Notes under the pieces: model-generated
What the model saw: the letters and a program-made list of their open reading frames with translations, nothing else
Databases searched by the model: none
Told to the model about the DNA's origin: nothing
Made by a program: the position numbers and the translations under genes
Source: Mobula hypostoma
Taxonomy: Eukaryota
Length of the DNA: 64,000 nt
Direction of reading: 5' to 3'
Assembly (NCBI RefSeq): GCF_963921235.1
Contig: NC_086109.1
Location: 10,046,001-10,110,000, forward strand
Part shown: positions 24,078 to 36,535 of the stretch, piece by piece
Position numbering within the stretch: the stretch's first letter is position 1
How the letters are laid out: each line of letters starts with the position of its first letter

Positions 24078-25050
24078 GAGGCACAATAGCGTAGCGGTTA
24101 GTGCACCAGCAAGCACTGATAAAGATTCGATTCCAGCTGCTATCTGTAAGGAGTTTGTACCGTGTGAGTTTCCTTCGAATATTCTGAAGACATTTGGGTT
24201 AGTAAGTCGTGAGCATGCTATGTTGGCACTGGAAACACTTGTGGGCTGCCCCCAGCACAATTCTCAGACTGTGTTGGTTGTTGACACAAATTACACATGT
24301 AAGGGGTTTCTTTTTTTTTAATGTCACTGCGTAGTCTAATTAAAATGGCTTCTTTGTTATGTTATAATTGAAAAGGCTTCTTTGTTATGTTAACTGCTGA
24401 GAGAGTCCTCCCGCTAGTAGTTTGTTTGGATCACGTTACTGATAAGAAGATGTTATGAACCAATTGGGATAGTTGTTATGCTTTTGGTGTGTCTGTAAGA
24501 TATTGTATGTGTGGGGTCTTGGGGCAGAAGGCGGGAGAGACAGAGGATGGACCAGGTACTGTGAGTCCGCTAACGGGGTCGGACCCCGAGCGGGGCATTC
24601 GGCGAGGAGAGGAGACAGAGACGGACTCGTGTGGAGCGTCTGGTCGACCACCGTTGTTGGGCCCAGGCGGCTGGTCGAGGTGGTCCGAGGGGTCACAGGG
24701 TGAAGAAGAAGGGTCCTGAGCTCCAACTGTTTGTGCACAAAGGATTGAACTTTGATAAGTGTGGCGCCTTTTATTTTTCTTTTATATTTTATTCTCTGTT
24801 AATTATATAGTTCCAGTAATATCTATAAACTGTAAATGAGTTAATTGTATATGGTGTATTGTCTGTTATTTGGGCGGGGTGGGGTACATCACACAGCACC
24901 CACACAAACTATTACCCAGTTTGGCAGGGCCGAGGGCTGTTTCCCTAGACGACAGCGAGCCGAGCAACCCTGAGGCTGGCCGGGGGGCCTACACACACTT
25001 CTCTGTATGTTTCGATGTTTCTGACGTATATATGGCACTCAGGTAATCCT
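24078..25050 (+). mobile_element. tRNA-derived V-SINE/HE1-like SINE split by a solo LTR (family also near 32130, 42500, 52320, 53095)
   Basis: Head ggcacaatagcgtagcggttag..ttcgattcc; body resumes after 24997. Confidence 0.6.
24298..24993. mobile_element. Solo LTR (Gypsy-like)
   Basis: TGTA...TACA termini, 4-bp TSD caca at 24294-24297 and 24994-24997, CpG-rich, interrupts a SINE. Confidence 0.7.
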
Positions 25051-26939
25051 CGTTATGACTGAAAGTTAAAATCCGTCTTGACTACAGCCCTATTGTTTTG
25101 TAAGATTAGCGTTATATGTCTCCATACATCAAAACTTTGAAACATACAATGAGATGCAATGGTTATATCACAATTTTTTTTGGCGACACGCTGGGGGTAG
25201 CTCACAAATGTCATCACGCTTCTGGTGCCAATGCAGCATGCCCCAACACACTAATCCAAACCGTACATCTTTTTGCAGTAAACGGGAGCACCCAGAGGAA
25301 ACCCAAGCAGTCACAGTGAGAATGTACAATGCTCCATCAAAATTTACTATATATTTACAGTTATTTTACTTTTAAATTTAGAGATACAGCACAGAACAGG
25401 CCCTTCCGGCCCAACAAGCCACACTGCCCGGCAACCCACATGAACTCTAACCTAATCACAAGACAATTTGCATGACGAATTAACCTACTAACCACTACAG
25501 CTTTGAACGTGGGAGGAAACTGGAATTCCCAGGGGAAAACCAAGCATTCACAGGGAAGAACGTCCAAACTCCTTTCAGATTATGTTGGATTTGAACTCTG
25601 AACTCTGTAGCCCCGAGCTGTAATAGCATCACGCTAACCACTATACTACCGAGGCGTCTAATTCCTGCTAACTATTGGAGGTTGATTGTATAACCCTAAC
25701 AAAATAATTGCATTTCTCATTTTTTCTCAGTTCTTTCCATATGCCTTCATTACCAATCCCCTGGGTAGACTGCCTGAGCATACAATAGGTACAAAAGCCT
25801 GGATTACTACACCAGCTGAATCAGCTACAGACCCTCAACAACCTGGCTGCTGAATCGACTCACACAACCCAACCCTCCCTCAGCAAAGCACATACCAACT
25901 CTTACGTTACCATGGACTTGTCTCTGATTGTGCCTTTTTTACATTAAGGTCTCGATTCTGCACGGTGTCGTTTTTAGGCTGTATGGGATCATTTTCAAAG
26001 TCGAAGTCAAGTTTCAAAGTTGAGTCTGTAGTCATAGGCACAAGCACATGTAAGGACAGACGCTGCGACAAACTTACTTGCTGCAACATGACAGGCACAT
26101 AACATCATATCAGCAGATTCACAAGAAAAACATTAACTAAACATTATTTACAAGAATTACAATTAGAGCAAAAAAAAATCTATTTTAGTTTGAAGTGATC
26201 AGAGTGGTCGAAGTATTGCTAACCTGTAGTGATTCGGGTTAGAGTCACAGAGAAATACCACACAGACATAGGCTGTTCTGCCTATTTAGTCTATGTTGAC
26301 CATAGTGCCCACACAGCTAGTCCCAATCTCCTATACTCAGCCCATATCCCTCGAACCCCCATCCCTCCATGTACCCATCCAAGGGCTTCTTAGGAACGTC
26401 GACTCAGACCATGAGAGGCCTGCGTCGGGCATTTTCATGCCTTACAAGGCGCTGATTGGAAGTCTGTGTGGGGCACCACTCCTCGTACAGACTAGAGCAA
26501 TGTGTGGTTAAGTGCCTTGCTCAAGGGCACAAACACGCTGCCACAACTGAGGCTCGAACTAGCGACCTTGAGATAACTAGACAAATGCCTTAACCACTTG
26601 GCCACGTGCCCAACACAAATGACCCAATATAGCCAATGGCTTGGCCTCAACAGCCATCTGTAGCAATGAATTCCACAGATTCGCCACCCTCTGGCAAATG
26701 GAACTTCTCATCAGCTCTGCTCTAAGAGGATGTCCTTGCTTTCTGAGATTGTGCCCAACCTTGGTCCTAGACTCCCCCCGCCCCCCGCCCCGATTGCAAA
26801 CATCCTCTCCACACCCAGTCTGTTTCTATCTAGGCCTTCCAATATTCGATAGGTTTCAATGATATCCACCCCTCATTCTTCTAAACTCCAGCAGTACTGT
26901 CCCATAGTGAGAGAACTTTTCATAAAGTTTTTGAGTTTT

Positions 26940-27490
26940 TGCCACATTGGCCTTTATAAGTCAAAGTAATGAGTATAGGAGTTGAAGTTGTATAAGATGT
27001 TGGTGACGCCTAATTTGAAGTATTGTGTACATTTCTGGTCTCCTACCTACAGAAAACATATCAATAACATTGAAAAAGTACAGAGAAAATTTACAAGGAT
27101 GCTACTAAGACTTGAAGACGTAAGTTATAGGGAAATGTTGAATATTCCCGGGAGCATAGCAGAATGAGGGGAGATTATACAAAATTATAAGGGGTATAGG
27201 AAGGGTAAATGTAAGCAGACTGTTTCTACTTAGGTTGGGTCAGAGGTTAAAGTGAAAAGTGAAATATTTAAGGGGAGTTTCTTCACTCAGAGGCTGATAA
27301 GAGTGTGGAATGAAGGGGAGGATGCAGGTTTGATATCAACATTTAAGAGCAGTTTGGATAAGTACATAGCTGGCAGGGGTATGGAGGGCTATGGTCCAGG
27401 CAATTTGATGAGCAGGGTTGATTGGTACTTTGGCACGGATCAGATGGACTGAAGGACCTGTTTTGATGCTGTAGTGTTCTATGATTCCAT
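26940..27490 (+). mobile_element. CR1-type LINE 3' fragment
   Basis: LYKMLVTPNLKYCVHFWSP, SFFTQRLIRVWN. Confidence 0.75.
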
Positions 27491-28984
27491 AACTCTAAAA
27501 CTCTCTGCTATGGCCACTCTGGAGATGGAGCTCTGAACTGTGAGGATTCAGGGGGTTAACCACAGAGGATAAATACAAGACTTCCAGAAAGGTGAGGAAC
27601 TTGTTAGAGGAGATGTATCAGGGCTCATTGGATTGCGGCATGATACTGAAATCTTACTCCTAGTTTCTGGGAAAAGACTAGACTTTTCATTGTAAGTTGG
27701 ACAGATTTGCCGATAGCATGGTTGAAAGAGCAACGAACCAGAAGAAACAACCGAGAGGCAGAGAACAAGTGCTTGTAAAGTGCATTTTCCATAAATAAAC
27801 ATAAATGCTGAAAGCAACATCTTTCCATCTGAGTTATACTTGGCTCCATATTAGTGAGGCGGCTTTGGTCTGCTGGAAGTGCCAATCAGAACCCATTAGG
27901 AAGTGCATCACTTACTAGAAGCAGAATCGGGAGTGGGAGTCCAGAAGCTGGCAATGTCTTCAACATTCCTGTTATGTTTTTCACAGTTGCATGGACTAAG
28001 CATTATTCTGAAAAAGAAAAGTTTACATGGCCTGTAAGCTGTGTAGCACTTTAATTTTTTGTAATATTCACATCAAGCAACCACAAACCACAACTCACAA
28101 CACAAGAAAACAATGTCAGACAGTCAACACAACTGGCAAAAGTAAAATGTTTCGACTAGACGGTGACAGCGTTCAGTGTTCATTCCGTGTTTATTGTTCC
28201 AATTTGTAACAGTGTTGTAGCTTGAAATGCTGACAATATAAATATGTTGAAGCTCTAAAATGTTTCAAAACAAAGGTTGTGGTACATTTATTATTTAGAA
28301 AAATTATGGATTATATTCATTAGCACAATTCATTAACAGGGTAGTTCACAATTATATTAACATAGATTTCAAAATTATATTAGAATTATGTAAAAGAAAA
28401 TGCAACTATGCAGCAACAAAGTCTATGTGCACAGGAGCATTTTGGTTACTTCATTGCCAGGCACTCACACAGCTTAGAGGGACCGGTTTCTCACACTACG
28501 TTCATGGCAGAATCCGCCCAAGGCCATTACCATTTGGTCTACTCTATAGCAGAATATCCACCTGCCATAACCAACGTTACAGAGTGACGGAGTTGTAAAG
28601 CACAGAAGCAGGTCACTCGGCCCACTACATCCATGCCAACCCTTTTGCCCACCTTCACTAGTCCCAATTGCCTGCATTCAAACCGCATTCTTCTAAGCCT
28701 TGCTCATTTAAATTCCTGCCTTAACATTTTATGAACATAGTGCTTACAACTGATTCAGCTGACTCGTCTGGCAGCTTGTTGTTCATACCAATTATTCTCC
28801 GTGTACAAGATCTGTGCTTATAGCTCTGTGCTGTTTACATCTGTTTATGAACAAAATGAAGACCTCTGATGACCCTGTTATGAGTCCTGATGAAGGGTCT
28901 GGTTGTGAAATGTTAACTATCCATCTCCCTTCTCAGATGCTGCCTGATACACTAAGTTCTTCCAAATGTTTTATCTGATGCGGA

Positions 28985-29596
28985 TTGAGTATAGGAGTTG
29001 GGATGTTATGGCGAGGTTGTATAAGACATTGGTGAGGCCAAATTCGGAATATTGTGTGCAGTTCTGGTCACCTAACTATAGGAGTATATCAGTAAGATTG
29101 AAAGTGTGCAGAGAAGTTTACTAGGATGTTGTTGGCTCTTCAGGAGTTGACTTACAGGGAAAGATTGAACGGATTAGGACTTTATTCCTTGGAGCGTAGA
29201 AGAATGAGGGGGGGATATGATAGAGGTTTACAAAATTATGAGGGGTACAGACAGAGTAAATGCGAGTAGGCTCTTTCCACTTAGTTTAGGAGAGATAAAC
29301 ATGAGAGGACATGGCTTTAGGGTGAAAGGGGAAAGATTTAAGGGGAACATTAAGGGGAACTTCTTCACTCAGAGAGTGGTGGGAGTGTGGAATGAGCTGC
29401 CATCTGACGTGGTAAATGTGGGCTCACTCTTAACTTTTAAGAACAAATTGGATAGATACATGGATGGGTGAAGTCTGGAGGGTTTTGGACTGAGTGCAGG
29501 TCACTGGAACTAGTGGAATAAAGTTTCGGCACAGACTAGAAGGGCTGACTAGCCTGTTTTCTGTGCTGTAGTGTTCTATGGTTCTATGGTTCTATG
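28985..29596 (+). mobile_element. CR1-type LINE 3' fragment with (gttctatg)n tail
   Basis: IEVYKIMRG..NFFTQRVVGVWNELP; 8-bp tandem tail at 29573-29596. Confidence 0.85.
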
Positions 29597-30466
29597 ATGC
29601 TGTGATGGTGTCCAGATAATTTCTTTTCCCTGGTGGTCTAGTTACGGGTAAAGATAAAGATTAACTTTATTTGTCATGTGTACATCAAAGTACACAGTGA
29701 AATGTGTTGCCTGCATCAACAACCAACTCAGTCCGAGGATGTGCTGGGGGCACCCTGCGGGTGTCATCACATTTCTGGCGCCAACATAACATGCCCGTAA
29801 CTTGATATCCAGGACACGCTGGGGGGATTAATCTCCCTGCTCTCCTCCAAAGTACTGTGTCAGTACCTGGCAGTACAAAGCAGTTATCAAACCGTGTGGT
29901 GGGCCTGCTCAGAGCTTGAAGTGAAAAGGAAAAGTAAACGGGAATTTGCCCTTCCACCTTCTGCCAGTTGGTGGCAGTCAAGCGGTGGGACACCTACATC
30001 ACCCTGGATTAATTCCTCTGTGTGTTGATTCAGATTCAGATTTATGAATCCCATCTACATCGAAACATACAACAAAATGCATTGTCTATGTTAACGACCA
30101 ATGCAGCGTAAAGACGTTCTAGGGGCAGCCTGGAAATGTCATTCCGGCAACCACACACACACTTCTCCAACACTAGCCTCCACTGGGCTCACGGCTCGTG
30201 AACACACAGATATCAGGCCTCCAACTTCCCCAGTGGACTTGTAGACATAGGGTTTCGGCCATTGGGCCTCGAATTCCAGACTTCTGGTTTACCTGCCGCC
30301 TTCGATCTTCGGTATCGAGCCCCAGGATTTTCCAATGTCAACGAATGAGGATCCTGGATGAGGACTCCGAACTCCAGGTCTCAACTCCAGACTCACTGGT
30401 AACCAGGACCCCAGACACTAGGCCTCAACCCCAGTCAGGATGAGTTTTCTTTTCCTCTTGCTTCCG

Positions 30467-30966
30467 ATACTTTATACTTCATACTTCATTGTCGTCAAAC
30501 AATTGGTACTAGAACGTACAATCATCACAGCAATATTTGATTCTGCGCTTCACACTCCCTGGATTACAAATATTAAATATTAAAGATATTAAAAATAGTT
30601 AAAATTAGTAAATATTAAAAATTTAAATTATAAATTATAAATAGAAAATAGAAAAATGGGAAGTAAGGTAGTGAAAAAAAACCGAGAGGCAGGTCCGGAT
30701 ATTTGGAGGGTACGGCCCAGATCCGGGTCAGGATCCGTTCAGCAGTCTTATCACAGTTGGAAAGAAGCTGTTCTCAAATCTGGCCGTTCAAGTCTTCAAG
30801 CTCCTGAGCCTTCTCCCGGAGGGAAGAGCGATGAAAAGTGTGTTGGCTGGGTGGGTCGTGTCCTTGATTATCCTGGCAGCACTGCTCTGACAGCGTGCGG
30901 TGTAAAGTGAGTCCACGGACAGAAGATTGGTTTGTGTGATGTGCTGCGCCGTGTTCATGATCTTCT
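30467..30966 (-). mobile_element. Rex1/L2-like LINE 3' end, young family (near-identical inverted copy at 60767-61280)
   Basis: Shared sequence and (aagtat)n-like tail. Confidence 0.8.
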
Positions 30967-31641
30967 ACTGCTTAGTGGTGGTACAATCACCTACGTTTGG
31001 GACTGAAAAGTTGACACCAACACAGATCAAGAGAAGGTCTTTGAGCAACAACTGTGCATACACTTTCTCGATGAGCACTCCAAAATGGTCCTTGAGAAGG
31101 GACTCTGCAACTGGATACAATAGCTCCATATTGGGTGAGAAATGGAAAGCAGGAGATCCAACCGGGAGTCAGGCAGAGCCATACACTCTCCCAGGGTCTT
31201 GCCAGTGTGTTGCTGAGCCCATGAGAAAGGACTTGGGCATAAGGGCTGTAACAATCTCAGGAACAGAGAGTTGTCGGGTCACAGCCTCCCTGCACTTGGA
31301 CAACATCACCATCTCCTGCTCACTCCCACTGCCAGCCTGTGGAGTGGTGAGCATCTGTGACTAGTGCTTGAACAGGCCAATTGAAGGTCCTGGCACCATG
31401 GCTAGAAGGAGATAGGACACACCAAAAGTACTGCATGGACTTGTAGCTAAAGTGAAAAGGGAACTTGAAATATTGGAGAGACATTTCTATTGGGTGAGAC
31501 CCCCTTCACCCAGAACATTCTCTCTTCTCATTGCTACAATTAAGGAGGAGGTACAGGAACCTGAAGATATGCGCTCCATGTTTTAGAAACAGCTTCTTTC
31601 CCTCTGCCACCAGTTTTCTGAACCCATGTACTCAGTATTTT

Positions 31642-31779
31642 TCGCAAACACGAGGAAATCTGCAGATGCTGGAAATTCACGCAACACAGACAAAAAATGC
31701 TGGTGAATGCAGCAGGCCAGGCAGCATCTATAGGAAGAGGTGAAGTCAACGTTTTGGGCCGAGACGCTTCGTCAGGACA
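31642..31779 (-). mobile_element. Short Penelope-like insertion with 9-bp TSD
   Basis: TSD cagtatttt at 31633-31641 and 31780-31788; family terminal sequence plus a degenerate hammerhead. Confidence 0.7.
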
Positions 31780-32424
31780 CAGTATTTTGCCCTCTGTTTG
31801 CACTACTAATTTTATTTATTTATAAATATATTTCTTACTGTAATTTATAGGTTTATTTTACTATTATGTATTGCACTGTACTGCTGCCGCAAACAACAAA
31901 TTTCATAACATATGCCAGTGATATTAAACCTGATTCTGACTTGATTCCAGCAAAGCGCCTGGTTGTTAGGTTCAAAGTATTCTTGTTGTTCAAAGGTATG
32001 GTTCATACACCGCCTTTGTTCCATTGCAGTCAACCATGAGCAGTCAGCTCATACTTAATCGAGAGATCAAAACTAGACCTTGTCAGCAGGGACACGATGT
32101 TTAAGTCTCCAGGCACGGGAAGGAAGGCAGTGCAGTAGCACAGCAGTTAGTGTAGCACTCCGCAGTGCTCGTGATCGCGACCAGGGTTCAATTCCCGCTG
32201 CTGTCGGTAAGAAGCTTGTACCTTCTCTCTGTAGCCGCGTGGGGTTTCTCTGGGTGCTCAGTTTCCTCCCACATTCCAAAGATCCATGTTTTTGGAATGA
32301 AGGAGGAATCTGGAGCACCTGGAGGTTGGTAGGTTAATTGATCACGTGGATATAATGGAACCTATGGGCTCATAGGGCCGAAGGGCCTGGTACCACGGAA
32401 TATCACTAAATAATACTTCAAAAA

Positions 32425-33056
32425 GATGGCCACAGCAGCCACTCTGGTGAATGATATCTGTTATCTGTCAAGTAGGGTGCCCTGCACAATCCTGATTTGA
32501 TGGAGACAGATGTGAGAGCACGGAGGAACATCTGGAGAAACTTCTCAAATGCCTTCTTCACTGCCGCTGCTACTGTGTGATCCAGAATCTCCGGAGGAGA
32601 AGGCCCGAGTCCTCGGCTTTGCTTGTTGCTCGGCAGCCGGGGCAGGGTCGAAGCGCTCGGCAGAGGATGGTGCTCGGGAGGCTGTATCGGAGGGGCTGGT
32701 CGGAGGCTCGAAGTTTTCGGACGGACTCAGAGTCGGCTGCGATCGGGTGCTTCCAATGCATCGGCAGTTGTCGGCGCCTGGAGGTTTATGGCAGGGAGAG
32801 ATTCTCCCTTTTGCTATCGGGACTATCGGGAGTCGATCGGAACTTTGAGGTTTGTTTTTACCGTGCCCATGGTCTGCTCTTTATCAAATTATGGTATTGC
32901 TGTAACTATATGATATAATTATGTGGTCTTGTCCGTGTTAGTCTTTGGTTTGTCTTGTTTTTTTTTGTGATATCACTCTGGAGGAACATTGTATCATTTC
33001 TTAATGCATGCATTTCTAAATGACAATAAACGAGACTGAGTGTCCTCATAATCTAA
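32425..33056 (+). repeat. Unclassified CpG-rich interspersed element, probably a non-autonomous retroposon
   Basis: CpG-rich body unlike its flanks, T-rich 3' region, aataaa followed by ..cataatct end. Confidence 0.4.
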
Positions 33057-34047
33057 AGTATCACACAGGAACATTTTGTTTTGTTTCACTGTAAGATCTC
33101 CAGAAAAAAAAACATATTGCGTTGTAAAATGAAGTTCCATGAATGGACAAAAAATGAGATAATATTGACTCTGGAGAAGCAAAAGATCCCTTGTTTCATT
33201 TAAAACTTAATAACGTGCTAGGTAAACAGTACTAAAATAGCAATTGAAAGGTGAGGTGCATGGCTGAGTGATGCAAAAATCTGGTAGGGAATTCAACAAC
33301 TCTTCCTTAAAAAAGAGCATTCAGAACGTGAAAACAGAGTGTTATCCACAACTCAAAGCCCTAAACAGGGCAAGCATTTCTAGGTTCAAATGAGAACTCT
33401 GGAACAAACATTATATTGTCATTCAGGCAAGCAAAGAATATTTCTGACATTGGTTCCACAGGACCATAAGACATTGGCCCATCAAGCTCCACCATTCCAA
33501 CATGGCTCATTTATCATCCCTCTCTACCCCATTCTCCTGCCTCCTCTCCCCCTAACCTTTGATGTTTATACCAATCAAGAACCTATCAACCTCACTTTAA
33601 ATATACCCAATGACTTGGCCTCCACAGCTGTTTGTAACAATGCATTCCACAGATTCACCACTCCCAAGCAAATAAATTCCTCCTCATCTCTTTTATAAAG
33701 CTACGTCCTTCTATTCTGAGGCTGTACCCTCTGGTCCTAGACTCTCCCAATTTAGGAACAACCTCTCAATGTCCACTCTATCTAGGCCTTTCTGTATTTG
33801 GTAGGTTTCAATGAGATCCCTCCCATTCTTCTAAACTCCAGCAAGTACAACCTCTACTTTCAATATACCCAATGACTTAGTTGAATGGTAACGCACTCCG
33901 TTCGAAGTCTGATTGCACATTCAGCTCCACCTTAAAGTCTCAACCATGTAATCTGTTGACGCTTCAACATAATATTGAGAGGAACCAAATGCCATGAAGG
34001 AGATAACTTGAAGAAAAGCAAGGAATCTCTCTGGGAGTAATAATCAC

Positions 34048-34916
34048 AAATCAGATTCTTGCATATATGGAAACGTAGAAACATATTTTTGTAAAAAATG
34101 TCTAACCTGTAAATATTGCAAGAAATGTGTGTGAGAGAGAGAATATTTGCTAATTAACTCTTCAAAAGACATCAATCGACCATCACCAAATAAATCTGCA
34201 AAAGAACAAATCCCCTTATTTCTCCATAAAAGAAAGATGGGATCAGTAATTGAAGGTTTAAACGGCAAATTTCGAAATACAGGACTAGACAATTTAAATT
34301 GTTTAAAATTAAAAGAGTTGCGAAACTGAAACCAAATCAGGGTATTTCATTTTCAAACCAACATGTAATTGCATTCACTACATTGTTGACAAGAAGAGCT
34401 ATTTTATTGAAGTGGAAAGATATCTCTGCTCCTACCCTAATTCAATGGTTTTCCCAAGTAATGTTATGTCTTAGTTTGGAAAAAATTAGAAGTAGAACTT
34501 TTGATCCCCGATTTGATTTTGAGAGAAGGTGTGGCTCTTTTGCTAAATATTATCATTTAATTTGAATTAATTTACATGGTTTCCTTCCAATTTTATGTTA
34601 TATGAATGTGATTTGGCAGTTGTTGTTTTCTTTTTCTGCTTTTATATATATAAATGATTGTAAGACGTATTGCTCCGGGAGTTGGTTCCTAATGGGTTTT
34701 TTTCCCTCTTTTTTTTTTGTTTTATAGTTAGTGGGTTTTTTTTTAGTTAGCTGGGGTTCTGTTTTTTCCTTCTTTTTCTTTTATTAAATTTTTTTTCATT
34801 GGCATATATAAGTTTTTTTCTTCAGCTTTATTAATTATATATATACTAATTTGTTGAATTTCTGTATTTTATAGCTGTTGAAGATTATATATCAATAAAA
34901 AGATTTAAAAATGAAA
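34048..34916 (+). mobile_element. L1/Tx1-like LINE 3' end with 5' inversion and deletion
   Basis: Minus segment W..KGI.SFADLF..YLQVRHFL; plus segment RRAILLKWK..LEKIR, T-rich UTR, aataaa; TSD taataatcac at 34038-34047 and 34917-34926. Confidence 0.8.
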
Positions 34917-35829
34917 TAATAATCACCATTCACCCCACAGACAATCACTCTAAAATTGATAAATGTTCTCAATCTCATTTACACTCAGTGGCCACGTCAT
35001 TAGGTACAGGAGTGAAACCCGTTATGATCATCTGCTGCTGTGGCCTATCCACCTCAATGTTCGATGTGTTCTGCATTCAGAGACGCTGGTGCCAGCACAT
35101 CTTTTCTTAGATGAGGAGCCCAGAACTGTTCATAGAATATGTACACGTCACCATATACTACCCTGTGATACGTTTTCTTACAGCCATTCACAGTAGAACA
35201 AAGAAATGCTATCAAATCAATGAAAAGCTACACACAAAGACTGGCAAACAACCAAGGTGCAAAAAAAAAAGCCAATCTGTCCAAATAAAAACAAATAAAT
35301 AATACTGAGAATATGAGTTGTAGAGCTCTTGAAAGTGAATCCATAGGTAGTGTTCAGTGATCAGTTCCGTGTGGAGGTGAATGAAGCTTTCCTCACTGGT
35401 TCAGCAGTCTGGAACCGGGTTTAATATCACTGGCATTTGTTGAAATTATTTCTTTTGTCGCCGAAGTACATTGCAATACCTAATAATAAAATCTATAATG
35501 TCAATCAGAACTATATATATATAAATTAAAGACATCCGTTAGTCTTGCGAGACCATGGACCTGCGCCTGGAAAGTCTTCACTCTGGCTGTATGGAAGACC
35601 GGCAGTTGCCCATGCTGCAAGTCTCCCCTCTCCACGACACCGATGTTGTCCAAGGGAAGGGCAAGGGCTGATACAGCTTGGCGCCAGTGTCGTCGCAGAG
35701 CAATGTGTAATTAAGTGCCTTGCTCAAGGACACAACACACTGCCTAGGCTGGGGCTCGAACTCACAACCTTCAGATCACCAGTCGAATGCCTTAACCACT
35801 TGGCCACGTGCCCACACTATATATAAGTA

Positions 35830-36535
35830 CTGAAGTAGTGTTCATAGGTTAATGGTCCATTCAGGAATTGATGGTGGAGGGGAAGAAACTGTTCCTGAAA
35901 TGTTGAGTGTGTGTTTTCAGGCTCCTGGATCTTCTCTCCGATAGTAGCAATGAGAAGAGGCATACCTTAGATGATGGGGGTCCTTAATGGTGAATACCAT
36001 CTTTTTGAGGCATTGCCTTTTGAAGATGTCCTGGATGCAAGGGATTCTGGTGCCCATGATGGAGCTGGATGAGTTAGTAACTTTCTGCAGCCGTTTCCAA
36101 TCCTGTGCAGTTGCCCTTCCATAGCAGATGCGATGCAACCAGTTAGAATGCTCTTCGTGGTACATCTTTGATGACATTCCAAATCTCTTCAAACTCCCAA
36201 TGAAATATAGCCGCTGACATGCCTTCTTTTTAATTGCATCAGTATGTTGGGCCCAGGTTAGATCCTCAGAGATGTTGACACCCTGGAACTTGAAATTGCT
36301 CATCCTTTCCACTTCAGATCCTTCTATGAGGTCTGGTGTGTGTTCCCTCGAGCTACTCTTCCTAAAGTCCACAACCAATTCCTTGGTCTTACTGATGGTG
36401 AATGCAAGGGTTGTTGCTACAACACCACTCAACCAACTGGTCTATCTTGCTCCTGAATCCCTCCTCATCACCAGCTGAAACTCTGCCAACAACTGTTGCT
36501 CATTGGCAAATTTGTAGATGGTGTTTGAGCAATGC
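35830..36535 (-). mobile_element. Rex1/L2-like LINE fragment
   Basis: ISKTKELVVDFRK, NISEDLTW, QRLYF motifs. Confidence 0.75.

Noticed and set aside
24078..24135. tRNA-like heads (also near 13560-13603, 32130, 42500, 62400) as tRNA genes
   Set aside because: No complete cloverleaf; each continues into a shared SINE body.
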